Shown in pieces: positions 23,176-36,525 of a DNA stretch of 64,000 bases. The DNA comes from Carpediemonas membranifera BICM (Eukaryota > Protista > Fornicata): the NCBI GenBank assembly GCA_019828565.1, contig JAHDYR010000064.1, positions 1 to 64,000 on the forward strand, given 5' to 3'. Position 1 is the first letter of the stretch. Every line of letters begins with the position of its first letter. Position numbers and translations under genes: made by a program. The notes below the pieces were generated by a model. That model was not told the DNA's origin. It did no database searches and worked only from the letters and a program-made list of their open reading frames with translations.

Positions 23176-23474
23176 CCCGCTTTCAGGTCTACGAGCGCGA
23201 CCGGTATTATCGCGTGCTGGCTATGCGTGGTCACTGGTGGCTGTTCGTTGAGCAGGCCTACCGTGGTCGCGCTGGCTCCTTCTTGCTCCTTGTCGCCTAC
23301 GACGGGTTCCCTGAAGCAAGTCTGACGCCGGTTAACGCAGACCTTGTCCGCGTGGCTGTGGTCAACCAGTACCTCAGGGCTCATTCCGAGCTCTGGGACG
23401 TTCTGCCTGAGTCCCTGCAGGTAGAGTTGGAAGAAGTGGTGACCAGTGACGAGGAGTCTGCCGGTGACGAGTAA
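23172..23474 (+). CDS. G1 antisense accessory protein 2, 100 aa, unknown function
   Basis: ATGA start/stop overlap with the preceding ORF; acidic tail; converges on the pol stop at 23537. Confidence 0.6.
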   Translation: MTRFQVYERDRYYRVLAMRGHWWLFVEQAYRGRAGSFLLLVAYDGFPEASLTPVNADLVRVAVVNQYLRAHSELWDVLPESLQVELEEVVTSDEESAGDE

Positions 23475-23536
23475 ATGTTCTGATGATTTTGGTTAGCGCA
23501 TTGATAGTCCGTTATTTACACGGCTATGTACAAGGG

Positions 23537-26500
23537 CTATCCGTCTGTATTGTTCGCCAGGAAGATGTCGAGAGCTGCGCAGTCCTTAACGTTCTTATAT
23601 GGTTCCCACGTGGATTCTTCGTCCTCAAATCCGGCCCAGTGCACGAGGTACTTCTTCTGCGACATGGTACCTGACCCGCGTGCTGCTGAAATGCGGTCGA
23701 CCAACCACTCGTCCCTGCTAGTTGCAGCGAGTTGCTGGATCTGGTCGTCAGTTAGTGTACCGGGGTTGAACCTTCGCACTCGTGCGGCATCGACCTTGAT
23801 GGTCTTACCATTCGTGGGTGACTCTGCCATGTCTTGGACTTCATATGCCACGGTGACGCCTGATTGCTTGATGCTCTTAACGCGCCTCATCGGGCCTCTC
23901 CACCCTGGTGATAGTTTGTCAGGTGGGCGAGAGGGGTACTTGACCAAGACGTAACGACTCAGGATCTCCGTACGCGACGAGACGGCCTTCGACCACGCGT
24001 CCTCCTTCATCGCTTGGATGCGAGCCTTCGCCAGCTGAATTGCCGCGTCGGCGGCTGCCCGGTGTGACTGCTTGGCGCTCGCTGACGCTTGCTTGGTAAC
24101 GTATATTGAGCTAGGCACGGTGAGGTTATATCCCAGGACGATCTCAGCCGGTGATAGGCGGGTTGGGACTCGCGGCGTGGCGTTGATGATAAAGCTCGCG
24201 ACAGGCAGGTGATGTATCCAGTTAGAGTCTCTTAGGTGGAACTTGCGTGCCTTCAAGATGCGTAACACCTCCTTGTTGGCTCGCTCCACCATCCCGTTTG
24301 ACTGTGGATGGTGGGCCGTAGTGATGTGCGTATCAAAGCCCAACTCCTTGGACAACCGTTGGAATAGCTTGTTGTTAAACTCTGGCCCTCCATCGGACTG
24401 TAACACCTCTGGGCACCCGAAGCGCAGTACCCAGTTGTTGACGAATGCGTCAGCTGCTGCTTCGGCTGTGGTCCCGGAGACGGCAACCAGCTCGGTCCAC
24501 CGTGAGCACATGTCGACCATGACCGTAATGTGCGTCATACCGTCCCGCGTTGGGAATGGCCCCATAGTGTCGATCGCTACGCGTTTGAACGGGGTCTCTA
24601 CAGCCGTATGTAATCCGGCCACAGTCTGCTCGGGTGGTCGTTCTAGCACTTGGCACGTGGGGCAATGAGAGATGAACTCGTCCACAGCTGAGCGGGATAC
24701 GCTCAACCCGTCGGCTCTCAGTCTGTCGATTGTCTGTCTTCTCGAGAAATGAGCGCCTGCCATCTCGTGTGCCTTCTTAATCTGATCAGTGGTCGCCTGG
24801 GAGCGTACGGTGAAAACTCTCGATAGTCCGTCGGCTCCGGCGTTGTCTAAACCTGCAACGTGCTCAATACCGAAGTCTAAGTCGGACAGGGTGTCAGCCC
24901 ATCGCTTGACCTTGGCGTTAACGCTCCGGAACATGAACAGGAGGTTCCTGTGGTCGGTCAGGATTGTGAAATGGCCCCAACTGAGGAACTTGCGCCAGCG
25001 TTGCACGGCAGCTATAATGGCGTACGCCTCCTTCTCACTGGTAGACCATCTCGACTGCACCTCATTAAAGGCCTTACTCATATAGCATACTGGCCTGCCC
25101 TCTTGGAGGAGTACTGCACCGTAGCCGAGCCCTGAGGCATCAGTCATAATAGTGTGCTCCTTAGTCGCGTTGAAGATGGCGAGTGCGTCCGCCGATGTGA
25201 GAGCATCCTTGATCTTCTTCAGCGCTGCGTCCTGTTCAGGCTGGCCGATAGGCCTGCGCCCGGCCATTGCCTCAGTCAAGGGGGAGGGCGATCTCGGCGA
25301 AACGGTCCACGTGATCTCTGAAATAGTTCAGAAAGCCTACTAAGCCCTGCATCCCACGGACGCTCTTGGGCAACTGGAGCTCTGCAATGTCGGCTACCCG
25401 GTCGGGGGCGATGTGTTTCTTCCCCTCGGAGATTACCCAACCTAGGAACTCGACCTCGGCACGGCCAAACTGGCACTTCTCCCTATTGAGCTGTAACTTT
25501 GTCTCGCGTGCGCGAAGGAGGACCTTGCGGAGATTCTGGAGATATTCCTCTTCGCTTGCCCCGAAGATGATGATGTCGTCAATGTATATATAACAGGCTG
25601 TGCCGACCAGCCCCCGGAAGGCGGACTCCATAGCCCGCTGGAAATGGGCTCCAGCATTGCGTAGCCCAAAGGGCATCCGGCAGTACTCGTACTGCCCCAG
25701 AGCCGTAGTAAATGCGGTGTACTGGCGGCAGCGCTCGGTCAGCTCGACTTGGTGGTAACCGGCGGAGAGGTCGAGGGTTGCGAAGACCTTCTTCCCCGCT
25801 AGCTGGGAGATAACCTCGTCAATACGAGGTATGGGGTAGTTGAAAGGTTCGGTGATGTCGTTAATTTGTCTGAAGTCAACTACGAATCGGGACTTACCCC
25901 CTTTCTTGGGTACTGTCATCGCGGGCGAAGCGTAAGGCGATTGACAGGCACGGATAAATCTCTTCGCCAGGAGAGCGTCAATGTGCTCCTTGACGACGGC
26001 TACCTTCGCCGGGGGGATGTAGTATGGTCGCGCGTTCACGACCCTGTCACTCTTCAGGATCAAGTCGTACGGTTCGAGCTTGCTTGGCTCGTTGCGATCT
26101 TCGAACACTGCGCTGAACTCCTTGAGAATCTTGGCCTGTGTATCGCTCGTAGTGGGGTTCAACTGGTAGACGGCAGCGTCGAACTTGGCGGGCGACGGAA
26201 TGTCCAGCTCGTCGCTACCCTCCTTGTTCCACTCAGCCTGAGGGAGAATACCCAACTCAACCATATGGGGGTATCCTAGGATCAGGTCGAAGTCGGTGTC
26301 GAGTAGAAGTAGCTCGGCGTTAAATGTACAAGTGCGCGGGGTGAACGATGATGGTTGCAGCTTAATCGTAGCGTTGACTCGACCCTGTGACTGTTTCTCG
26401 CCGCCTGCTGTTGCGACACGCTCCTGCGTGGTGGATATGACCTCGAGCTTGGCTGCGTGGCGAGGGTGGATGCTTGACACGTTAGCTCCCGAGTCTAATA

Positions 26501-27469
26501 ACGCTGTCAGCTTCTGCTTGCCTACTGAAACCGGAACGAGTGGTAGGTTGATCTTGGACTTGGACTGATCTGCACTGATAGAGAGAGAATATTGCGGAGA
26601 TTTATCCCGACAATATCTCTCCAGGTGACCAGTCTTCTTGCAGATCGAGCACGTGTGCTTCGGCTTGGGGCACTTGTGCCATGCGTGCTTGCCGCCGCAG
26701 TTCCAGCAGGTGTAGTCGCGCTTCTTGTCAGTGCTACTGGGATGGGGCTTACGCTCTGACTTATCCCGGTTCAGCGTCTTGTTGCTTCCCTCCTCAGACG
26801 GCAGCGGCTGGCGATAAGGATGGCCGTTGCGGCCTGCTCTCTTCTGTTACCGCTAGGATGGCCGCCTGTCGGGTGAATGCTCTTGGGGTGCTTCTGTCCG
26901 TCTCCTAGGTACGCTTCTCTCAGCTCTTCGCCGTCCCGCAGCTCGGTGCTAATGGCGAGTACCTGAGGCATGGCATCACTCAGAGTGGAATCTTCGATCA
27001 ACTCTTGAATGCGGTACATAGTTCTGCCTGTTCCCTGCTTGAAGCAGCGGGCGTACGTCTTACACAGTGTCTCCTGTGATGACTCGGGTTGCAGAATAGC
27101 CAGCAATGTCTGAAAGCGCTTGTTGATGCGTACCACCTCGCTAGGCGTGAAGGATGTGGCGTTCAAGCGGAAGTATTCAAGCCTTGCTACCTCGTGGCGT
27201 GGTCTAAAGGCCTTGCCGAGACGCTTGACACAAGCGATGTCTTGTTCGCGCCGGCGTGTAGTCTTGGTCTTGATGAGCGCCACGGGAGGATCGTTGTCGT
27301 CCGTGCCGAGTACTCCGTCAACGTAGTCACGGACGCAGCTGTCTATTAGGCGGTCTGAGCGCTGTTTTCCGCCGAGTGCTCGATAATCTTGGAGCGCTTC
27401 CACGAACGTGACTAATTCAGCCACGGACGTGCCCTTTAGTATCGGCGCTTTGGCCTTCCCGTATACCAT
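23537..27469 (-). CDS. G1 gag-pol (frameshifts near 26800 and 25280)
   Basis: Two Zn knuckles ~26620-26715, LLDSGA protease, LDLSAGYHQ/MPFGL/YIDD, TDASG, HHCC + D,D,E integrase, WRGP, YLVHWAGF chromodomain. Confidence 0.93.
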
Positions 27470-27478
27470 GTTGGTGGG

Positions 27479-27490
27479 ATTAGTACTAAT
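27479..27490. promoter_or_regulatory. Palindrome ATTAGTACTAAT at the G1 primer-binding-site position
   Basis: Perfect 12-bp palindrome abutting the 5' LTR; no TGG-type PBS. Confidence 0.8.
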
Positions 27491-27613
27491 GTAGCCTTAT
27501 GGCTAGGGAAAGATTGTTTTATATAAGAAAACCCATGATGTGGTGAATATGGTCAATACTATATAAATCTATGAAATGGTAATCCTATGTAACATTGGGT
27601 AAGACCCACTGCA
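27490..27613 (-). repeat. G1 5' LTR
   Basis: Direct repeat of 21303-21426. Confidence 0.9.
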
Positions 27614-28377
27614 CCTCGAGTACTGAGCGGCCTTGTCACGGATCCCATCCTTGATCGACTGTGAGACGACCACATCGACGATCATATCGCCGTGGAGGGG
27701 CGTTCCATCAGCTGACGTTGCCGCTAGCATGAGCAGATCGGCTTCACCTCCGTCGGGCCCGTCCCGTTGGGCATGTAGGCCATACTGGTGTGATCCAGCG
27801 GAACCTCGCGCCGTTTGGGGATGAACTGCTCCGAGCAAACGTCGTAGATGGCGTCTCTGACGCCGTTATGACGCTCGATCCGGGCACCGCCCTTGAGGCG
27901 AACACAAGAGAGTCCATGAGACCAATCCGCAACAGATCTGCTGCACAGGGGGCATGGTTTGGCTTTATCTATCACGTAGGGGTCAAGAGACAGGTGTAGG
28001 CGGAGAATTGCAGTTGCCAAATCGGAACCCGAAAGAACGGGATCGAACGGCGTCAATGTGGACACTGCACGCACATAAGGCTCAGAAATAAACGATCTCT
28101 TCGCCGTAAGCTCCTTCTGCTTGAACTCCCGCACTTTCGTTGTCAGTTCAAACTGCGGAGTCGAAGTCTTCCACTTCTTCAGGGCATCCACGTCCTGCGG
28201 ACCACCAGCAGCACCAACCGCCTGAAATGCCTCATTGGGCACGTTCAGTGAGATGTTTTGGTCAAAGAGCTGCTTCACGGCACCGAGATATGCCGCCGGC
28301 CACACGATGGACGGAATTCCCCATCCAAGACCTCCCTGCGTGATGCTAAGGCCCGCTCTTTCGAGCGTACCAATCAC
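27614..28377 (-). mobile_element. CRE/SLACS-like non-LTR retrotransposon fragment (post-RT region, CCHC, REL endonuclease)
   Basis: GGLG..P..AAY, CPLC..HGLSC, RHNGVRD, REV, KPD..DVVV..K..QY (frameshift near 27735). Confidence 0.85.
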
Positions 28378-28802
28378 TAGTCACTAGACGAGCAACTTCC
28401 CCACAAACATGGCGCTGTGAGCTGGCAAGAACGGCTCGGGGACACTGCGCTGGCGCGCGGCCCCATCAGGTACCCAGGTCACCCGGGGCGCCGGCTGCGG
28501 GACTGACCCGAAGCAGGCTTGGGCGATCTTGGCAACCACCGGGGGCAGCTTGGTGAAGATCCTACCGCCGTTGGGCAGGACTGGCAGTGTCGACCTAACG
28601 GTCTCGGGGACAAAGCCCCTCAATGCCTCACAGAGCTGCCGGAGCCGACTCTGGCTGAATCGACCCGTGGCCGACCCACGGTTGGACTCGTCCATAAGGG
28701 CCCGGGCGAGGGGTGGGTCGCACAGGGTGGCCGTCACCTGCTCTGGAGTGGTCCAGTGGTCGGCGCGCATGGCGTCGGGGACCCACTCGTCAAAGGTGGC
28801 CC

Positions 28803-29787
28803 TGTACGGCAATTGCAAGTGCGTAAACGAAGAGTGTTTAATAGGGGGTTTAGACCACATATGCATAAATGGCCGAAATCAAATATCTGTATCTAATTCT
28901 GTATCTATAAATATATCTTGCGATATTGCTATCTATGGCCGTGGTAGGGTATGATAGCAACAGTGCCTCCCTCTTCTTTTTTCTTTGGAGGTATTGGAGC
29001 TCTCTTTGCGCTTATACTTTTGCATAAATGCGTAGCGTAATTCTTTGAGGCATTTGGGGATGAGAATCGGTATTTGTACAATGAAGGTAGTACTAAGCAG
29101 CTATCAGTATGTTACCTTCAAATCACGTGTTATTGAGCCTCAACAACGCTTCGTTGGCGAGTTCTGGCCGATTTTTCCTTCTGTTGGCGGAAAGCTGCAA
29201 GTGACGGCTCAAAACCTTGTCGAAACATCTAAATAACAACATCAGTGTCTTTGAAAGGCTCAATGACCGCTATTGCTGTGCTGTTAGCGTTTAATTTTTC
29301 CTTCTAGCTCAGGATGCTGAGTGAAGTACTTGTCGATAGCCTCGAGGGATCTAACCTCGGACCATGGGAGCCATGAGGCCTCTTCAGGCTCAAAGCCTGC
29401 CCATTGCACTTCAAACTCATAGCCAGACTTGGTCTTTCTGTGGGCTGAGACCTCTGAAACTATGAACTCGTCGCTTTCGGTCGCGGCTAGGGCCTTCAGC
29501 TCCCTCAGTGTCAACGAGCCTCGCTCAAAAGGATGGCATCTGGAGGTGTGGACTCGCAGTGACTTGTGGGTGTTCAGGTCTTCTACAATGAGAGTTGCAG
29601 GGGTTTTGAACTCATTGCACTCATACCCGGTGACGCGTAGTGGGCCACGGTACCGTGCTACTGTCTTGGTTGGTCTAAAGGATGGATAGCTCAGTAGGAT
29701 GTACTCAGGCAGAGCGGGGGTGATGCGTCCAGTGGCTTGGGACAGCACGGCTTGTACACGTTCAGCCTGTTTCGACTTAGCGGTGGC
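28803..29787 (-). mobile_element. Truncated copy of Gypsy G2 (3' LTR 28803-28962, PPT, integrase C-terminus and chromodomain)
   Basis: Near-identical to 31996-32981 but with a different flank. Confidence 0.92.
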
Positions 29788-31002
29788 TATGCGGGAAAAA
29801 GGCCCTCATGAACCTCAGAACAGGCCCAGACCCCTAGGAGGAAAGCCCTGGGTGAAGACAAGGCACAGGGCGGAACATTCCTGGAACCGGCGGGAGGTGT
29901 TTTCCCCCCACATGTTCCGGTAGCGCCCGGCCGCACACCCAACCCAACCCACGCAGCAAGGGAGCACTCTGATGCCTGCATCACACTTGAAACAACTCCC
30001 CCACCACCACGAGGGGACAGGCCCAACCCACAGGGCGGCCTGGAAAGGTGGCCCGAGCACCGACCCCAAGCGCAGCGGGCCTGGAACCAATGAGGACAAC
30101 ACCACATGTTCCGGTAGCGCCAGGCGGAGGGAAGGCTGCAAAGGACCACTAAGGGACAATCGCATACAACAAGCACGAAATAGGGAAGGCCTGGCAAAAC
30201 AGCTGGGCCAGTAGGGCGCAAGCGTCCGGACAAGCAGTCCGGCGCATCCCTCCGGCGCGCAAGGGGTACCCCCTCCCCACACAGTGGGGGCGCACCAGGA
30301 GGATGATGCATGGCAGACTGGCGGAGGTACTGGATGACGCAAGAAGCTACCCACTCCGTCGGTAACCTGCCGGGAAGGCAGGGCCATCCTGATGTGACCC
30401 GGCGCCTAGCCAGGAACACTGGAAGACGTGGCAACCGCCCCTGGGAGCTCCCCCCGATAATGGGAACCTGGAGTGAAATCGGACAGCGCTAGATGAGCCC
30501 GAACGCAGCCGGCAAGTCCGTGGAAGTCTACCTACGCGGCGTCGGTGGGTTCCTAACCCGGCCCAGCTGGTACGGCGAACTCTAGACCCGACCCCGCCCT
30601 GGCGGGTGCCTGAAACATGGCGAGCGGGTCGAGGAAACCCCAGGACCTCCCTAGGGGACCCGGGGGAGAGGGGAAACGTACGGAAGGTCCCTGACAGCAG
30701 CGTGCAGGGCAAGGCTTTGTAGGTGCCAGGCAGACCTGGGACCCAAAGGGCCCCTAAGAGTAAGACCTGGGTTAGCCTAACTTTGGGGGTATTAATGTGG
30801 CCATGTATAGGATCCCTCTAGCGTACCAGCTAGGCCTTGACGGCCGTTGTTCACGCCCTCTTAGGAAGTGTTAGGTGTGCTCTGTAGAGGTACCAACACG
30901 CTTAGGCGTTCCTCGAAGGGGTGACACAAACTGTGACATTCAGCTTACACAGCAGGACGAGTAGCAGGACACATTAAATTCTTTCTTTCTATTCTTTCTT
31001 TC
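29788..31002 (+). mobile_element. 3' fragment of non-LTR family B with (TTTC)n tail
   Basis: Near-identical to ~50314-51525; same 3' flank as the copy at 54734. Confidence 0.92.
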
Positions 31003-31253
31003 GTACCAAGACCCGTTTCCGTTTCCGTGTCCGCTGGGCCGGCTACGGTCCCGATGACGACACCTGGCTTCCCTATGCCGAGGTCCGTGACCTCGAAGCC
31101 CTCGACCGGTACTTGTCGAAGACCGGCATTCAGCTGTAATAGAGAGGGTAGTGTGGTGAGGCGCAGTTTAAGGTTTTGGTTTTTGACCATTTTCACCACT
31201 GCGGTTTCCAGGAGAAAATCAGTTCTCATCCATTAATTGGAAAGTTCCCTTCA
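31003..31253 (+). mobile_element. Gypsy G4 3' fragment: chromodomain, PPT AGAGAGGGTAG, LTR start TGTGG at 31152
   Basis: FRVRWAGYGPDDDTWLPYAEVRDLEALDRY* followed by a purine tract and TG; right boundary approximate. Confidence 0.75.
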
Positions 31254-31269
31254 AGGCCAAACCAAGCAC

Positions 31270-31995
31270 AGGGGGCCTAGTATACACAGCATGTCTAGTC
31301 TATATTGACGACATAGTCGTCTACGGCCGGACGAGAGAGGAGTATGAGGACAACCTGGCCAGAGTGAAGGAGCGCCTGGCACAGGCGAAGATCATTCTGA
31401 ACGACGAGAAGTGCCAGTACGGCTTAACAGAGATTGACTACCTGGGATGGAAGATCTCGCAGGCTGGGAAGGAAATAAGCCCGGAGAGACTGAGGCCGGT
31501 GAAGGAGATGGCTGCACCGAGGGATAGCAGTGAGCTACTACCACTGACGGGTCTCGTCAACTCCTTCAGGGATGTGATACCCTCTTATGCCGAGCTCATG
31601 GAACCTATCCTGAGACTGACGAGGAAGGGTGTCCAGTTTCAGTTGACAACTGAGTGCCAGGCTGCCTTGGACAGGGTGAAAAAAAGTTTAGCTGACTAGT
31701 GATGAGGCTTTCTTAGCACACGTAGACCCGGACAAGACTCTACACCTGTTCACAGATGATTCTAACGTAGGAGTAGGCGGGGTACTAGGGCAGTACGATG
31801 ACAAGGGGAGATTCAGACCCTACCAGTATTTCCCCAAGACGCTCAGTCCGACAGAACGGCGGTGGTCAACGTACGAACAGGAAGCGTACGGGATTATATA
31901 GTGCGTGAAGAGGGCAAGAGCTCTCCTCCAGGGTCGGAGATTCGTGATCAACACCGACAACCGTAACTTGTGCTACATCAGTGACGCATCTAACC
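31270..31995 (+). pseudogene. Gypsy G5 RT/RNase H fragment (host of G2; continues at 36526-36736)
   Basis: YIDD, IDYLGW, LFTDDS.GVGGVL, TDNRNL; in-frame stop near 31700. Confidence 0.85.
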
Positions 31996-32477
31996 TGTAC
32001 GGCAATTGCAAGTGCGTAAACGAAGAGTGTTTAATAGGGGGTTTAGACCACATATGCATAAATGGCCGAAATCAAATATCTGTATCTAATTCTGTATCTA
32101 TAAATATATCTTGCGATATTGCTATCTATGGCCGTGGTAGGGTATGATAGCAACAGTGCCTCCCTCTTCTTTTTTTCTTTGGAGGTATTGGAGCTCTCTT
32201 TGCGCTTATACTTTTGCATAAATGCGTAGCGTAATTCTTTGAGGCATTTGGGGATGAGAATCGGTATTTGTACAATGAAGGTAGTACTAAGCAGCTATCA
32301 GTATGTTACCTTCAAATCACGTGTTATTGAGCCTCAACAACGCTTCGTTGGCGAGTTCTGGCCGATTTTTCCTTCTGTTGGCGGAAAGCTGCAAGTGACG
32401 GCTCAAAACCTTGTCGAAACATCTAAATAACAACATCAGTGTCTTTGAAAGGCTCAATGACCGCTATTGCTGTGCTG

Positions 32478-35400
32478 TTAGCGTTTAATTTTTCCTTCTA
32501 GCTCAGGATGCTGAGTGAAGTACTTGTCGATAGCCTCGAGGGATCTAACCTCGGACCATGGGAGCCATGAGGCCTCTTCAGGCTCAAAGCCTGCCCATTG
32601 CACTTCAAACTCATAGCCAGACTTGGTCTTTCTGTGGGCTGAGACCTCTGAAACTATGAACTCGTCGCTGTCGGTCGCGGCTAGGGCCTTCAGCTCCCTC
32701 AGTGTCAACGAGCCTCGCTCAAAAGGATGGCATCTGGAGGTGTGGACTCGCAGTGACTTGTGGGTGTTCAGGTCTTCTACAATGAGAGTTGCAGGGGTTT
32801 TGAACTCATTGCACTCATACCCGGTGACGCGTAGTGGGCCACGGTACCGTGCTACTGTCTTGGTTGGTCTAAAGGATGGATAGCTCAGTAGGATGTACTC
32901 AGGCAGAGCGGGGGTGATGCGTCCAGTGGCTTGGGACAGCACGGCTTGTACACGTTCAGCCTGTTTCGACTTAGCGGTGGCTATGGCGGCTTCGGCTGCT
33001 CGTCTCAGGTTGAGAGGTGTATCAGAAGCAGGGTTTCCTAGGACAAGCTCGCGGCCGAAGACAATCTCGTTCGGGGACACGCCAAGTGACGCGTGTCTCG
33101 CGGAATTGAGTATTGCTTGCACGAAAGGGATGTGCTGGGACCAGCGATCAAGATGCTTGATCTCCAATCTCCTCGCCATCATATGAGCGTTGATCTCGCG
33201 GTTAACTCTCTCCACAATACCATTGCTCTGGTGATGGTATGGTGCGGTGAAATGAAGATCGACGGCATGGCGGTCGCAAAGCCTGGCGAAGGTGTTGTTC
33301 TTAAACTGAGACCCGCTGTCTGTGATAATCCTCCTTGGAACTCCGTGGCGCAGGAACCAATGATTAACCACGCACGAGGCTGCTTCCTCGGCTGTTGTCG
33401 ATCGGATAGGGGTCATCTCGACGTATCTGGAGAACAAGTCTACCATAACTAGGATGTGTTGGAACTCGCCGTCGATGGGGTAGGGTCCCATCGTATCAAT
33501 GCAGAGTGTATCCATAGGGAATGGTGCCTGGAGGGTCAGGTCAAATGACGACATCGGGCTGGTCGGGACAGTCTTCTGGCAGACGGGGCAGTGTGATATG
33601 ACATCTGCGACAGCTTGTCTCATGCTGGGCCAGGCGTGGCCATTGGCGCGCAGCTGCTGTACTGTTCTGTTCACAGAGAGATGTAGGCCGCCGAGTGTAT
33701 GGTGCTCCTTGATAGAGGCTGCGTGTGGGTTCTCCTCGGAGTTGGTCAAGGCTGTGCACACTCGGGATAGTCCATCAGCGGCACCGTTTGCGATACCTGG
33801 TACATGGATCACGTCATAGCTGAACTGTTCAAGGAGGAGGCTCCATCTTGCCACCTTGGCGTTAGCACTTTGGTGCATTCGAGTGAGATTGTGGTGGTCA
33901 GTGGCAATTGTGAAGTGTGCCCAGCGGAGATAGCGTTCGGCTTTGGACAGGCAATAAACTACCGCATACATCTCTTTCTCGATCGTGGGCCAACGCTTTT
34001 GGGCGCCGGTGAGTGCTTTGGACAGGTACATCAGAGGTTTGTCGTCCTGAAGCAGGACTCCTCCCACACCGTAGTCGGACGCGTCAGTGATGAGTTTCAG
34101 CTTGGCTCTCGGGTTATAGTGTACAAGAGTCGGGGGCAGACGTGAGGCGGGATATGATGGTATCAAAGGCTGACTGGGCCTCGTGCGTCCATGAGAACTG
34201 TTTGTGTTTTGTGATCTCGTATAGTGGAGCTGATATAGTGGCGAAGTCGCTTCCGAGGTAGTCATGGAAGAAGTTGACTAGGCCGAGGAAGGAGCGGACT
34301 CCGGATACTGTTGACGGGGGCTTCATCTTCGTGAGGGCATCGATCCGGGCTGGGTCTATCTGTTTCCCTTCTGGTGTGATGAGCCACCCTAGATACTCAA
34401 ACTTCCTGAGTCCAAATTGAGACTTGTCGAGATTGACGCGAAGATTCAGCTCTCGGCAGCGTTGTAGGACCTCTTTGATGTTAGCGATGAGGTCATCCTC
34501 GCACTCTGCGAAGATTACAACATCATCTTGATAAACCAGGCACTTGGAGTAGAGGAGCGTGTCTAGGGCTGTCTCCATTGCGTATTGGAAGTGGCTGCCG
34601 GCCTGCTTTAGGCCGAATGGGAGCCGGGAGTAGCGAAATCTACCAAGGTGGGTGGTGAAAGTGGTGAAGTCGCGTGATGCTGGGTCAACTGCGATCTGAT
34701 GGTACCCTGATGATAGGTCGATGGTGGCAAAGAAGCGCTTACCAGCAAGATGATCAAGTGTTTCGTCTATCCTGGGGAGAGGGAAGTCAAAATCTACTGT
34801 CTCTGCGTATAAGCGGTGATAATCCACGCACATGCGGGTCTTGGCGGTGTCTTTCTTGCTCACGATGACCACAGGAGATCCCCAAGGGCTGGAGCAGCGT
34901 TCAATGATGCCTAAGGCTAGGAGCTTGGTAACATGAGCTTCTATCTCTTGCTGCTTCCATGTTGGTGCCGGATAGGGCCGTGAGGAACACAACTTATATC
35001 CATCCTTGAGCTGAAGGGAGAATGGTCTGAGTTTTGATGGTTCGAGGGTTAAATCACCGAAAACATCGTTGAACTGTTCGATAATTGACTTATAGCGATC
35101 GAGCACCACACCAGCGCATGATAACGACCGATCTAAAGCGTCAACTGAGTCCTCAATATGTTCGCTAGGTAGTGATGGATTAATAAGGAGATCGACGAGA
35201 CCGAGCCTACACATTGCTGGAAAGCCAATGATGACGTCAAAAGGGGATTCTTCCAGGACGTAACCTTCGAACATAGTGGACAGGGAGTAGTGGAAAATCT
35301 CATTAGGTGGGAGTGTAAGGTCAACCGACGCAGACCCCAACGTCTCCACCCACTGGTTGTTGGCCAGTTGTAAACGATGGCTGTATGGTGAAATCTTACT

Positions 35401-36348
35401 GACAACATGGCGGGCCAGCAAGTTGTGTGATGATCCTGTATCCAGGAGTACGGTCACCTTGGTATTTCCTATCACACCGGCGCATGAAAGGACAGAGGAG
35501 TTAAGAAGGGCAGAATGACAACACGTCGCAGGATTTACACGATCCTTTGACACATCATCTGCGCGCTTCTTGCGGCACTCGGTGGCGATGTGGCCGACCT
35601 TTTTGCAATACCCGCACAACGGTAGACCCTTCTTCTTTGCAAAGCACTCGTCTTCAGTGTGTCCTTTCTTGCTGCAATAGGAGCACTTACTGGGCTGGGT
35701 GTTGGGTCGTTTTGTGGGCTGATGTTCAGCCGGGCGGGCAGATCTCACGACAGGGCCTTTCTGGGTGAAGGGTAGGGCGATCTTCAAGGCACGCTCTACG
35801 GCATGTGCGTGTTGTATCGCGAGAGCAAAGGTGTCATTGAGGGACTTGTCCTTCGTGATACCGATCAGTTGGTCGTGGAATGCGTGGATGTGAGAGAAAC
35901 CACGGATGAAGGCTTCGCGAACCGTGTCGGTGCCGACATCGGCCTCAGGTATGATCTCCAGCAGTGTTCTAAACAGTTGGACGAAGCTGACGACGTTGGC
36001 AGGGCTGCGACCCTTTGCCTTGCGGTTGAAGGCGTCTGCTTTCGAGAACTGATCTTCGGGGGTTACATGGGAGAAAACGGCTTCACGAGCGGCCTTATCC
36101 TTGTTCTTCTTGCGGAGCTTGCTTCTTGTCTTTTCGTCGGCGTCGTCAGGGAAATCAGGATCAGGGACGGAGGAAAGGCGGAAGGGTTTGCCTGACATCT
36201 CAAGCTCGCGGAGGACGTTCTTCGAGAGTAGCTTATGGAAGCGTACCTTCGAATGGCGAAGGGAGTAGTCCGCGAGGTCCATCATAAACGTTAAGACGGC
36301 GGTAAGCGACAGGATGCTCAAAACGGGTGTGTCTTTCGTACTAATCAT
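32478..36348 (-). CDS. G2 gag-pol polyprotein (one frameshift ~34130)
   Basis: Two CCHC knuckles, LLDTGS, IDLSSGYHQ, LPFGL, YQDD, TDASDYG, HHCC/DDE integrase, YRGP, FEVQWAGF chromodomain. Confidence 0.94.
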
Positions 36349-36349
36349 G

Positions 36350-36363
36350 CAGAAATATTTCTG
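36350..36363. promoter_or_regulatory. Palindrome CAGAAATATTTCTG at the G2 primer-binding-site position
   Basis: Perfect 14-bp palindrome including the LTR-terminal dinucleotide. Confidence 0.8.
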
Positions 36364-36525
36364 TACGGCAATTGCAAGTGCGTAAACGAAGAGTGTTTAA
36401 TAGGGGGTTTAGACCACATATGCATAAATGGCCGAAACCAAATATCTGTATCTAATTCTGTATCTATAAATATATCTTGCGATATTGCTATCTATGGCCG
36501 TGGTAGGGTATGATAGCAACAAACC

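Larger units (their letters stand above)
21303..27613 (-). mobile_element. Complete chromodomain Gypsy LTR retrotransposon G1 with antisense extra ORFs
   Basis: 124-bp TG..CA LTRs (21303-21426, 27490-27613, 2 mismatches), TSD CCTC (21299-21302/27614-27617), gag-PR-RT-RH-INT-chromo. Confidence 0.93.
31996..36521 (-). mobile_element. Complete chromodomain Gypsy LTR retrotransposon G2 (4526 bp)
   Basis: 160-bp LTRs 31996-32155 and 36362-36521 (1 mismatch), TSD AACC, PPT next to 32156; the host RNase H frame rejoins (ISDASN|PNVMRW). Confidence 0.95.

Noticed and set aside
28384-28802. Minus-strand coding-like fragment next to the CRE-like element
   Set aside because: It has no recognisable motif and cannot be assigned to the CRE-like ORF or to a host gene.
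31152-31253. G4 LTR start (TGTGG) and G6 LTR end (CCACA) belonging to one family
   Set aside because: Only a 5-bp terminal match with no overlapping sequence to confirm.
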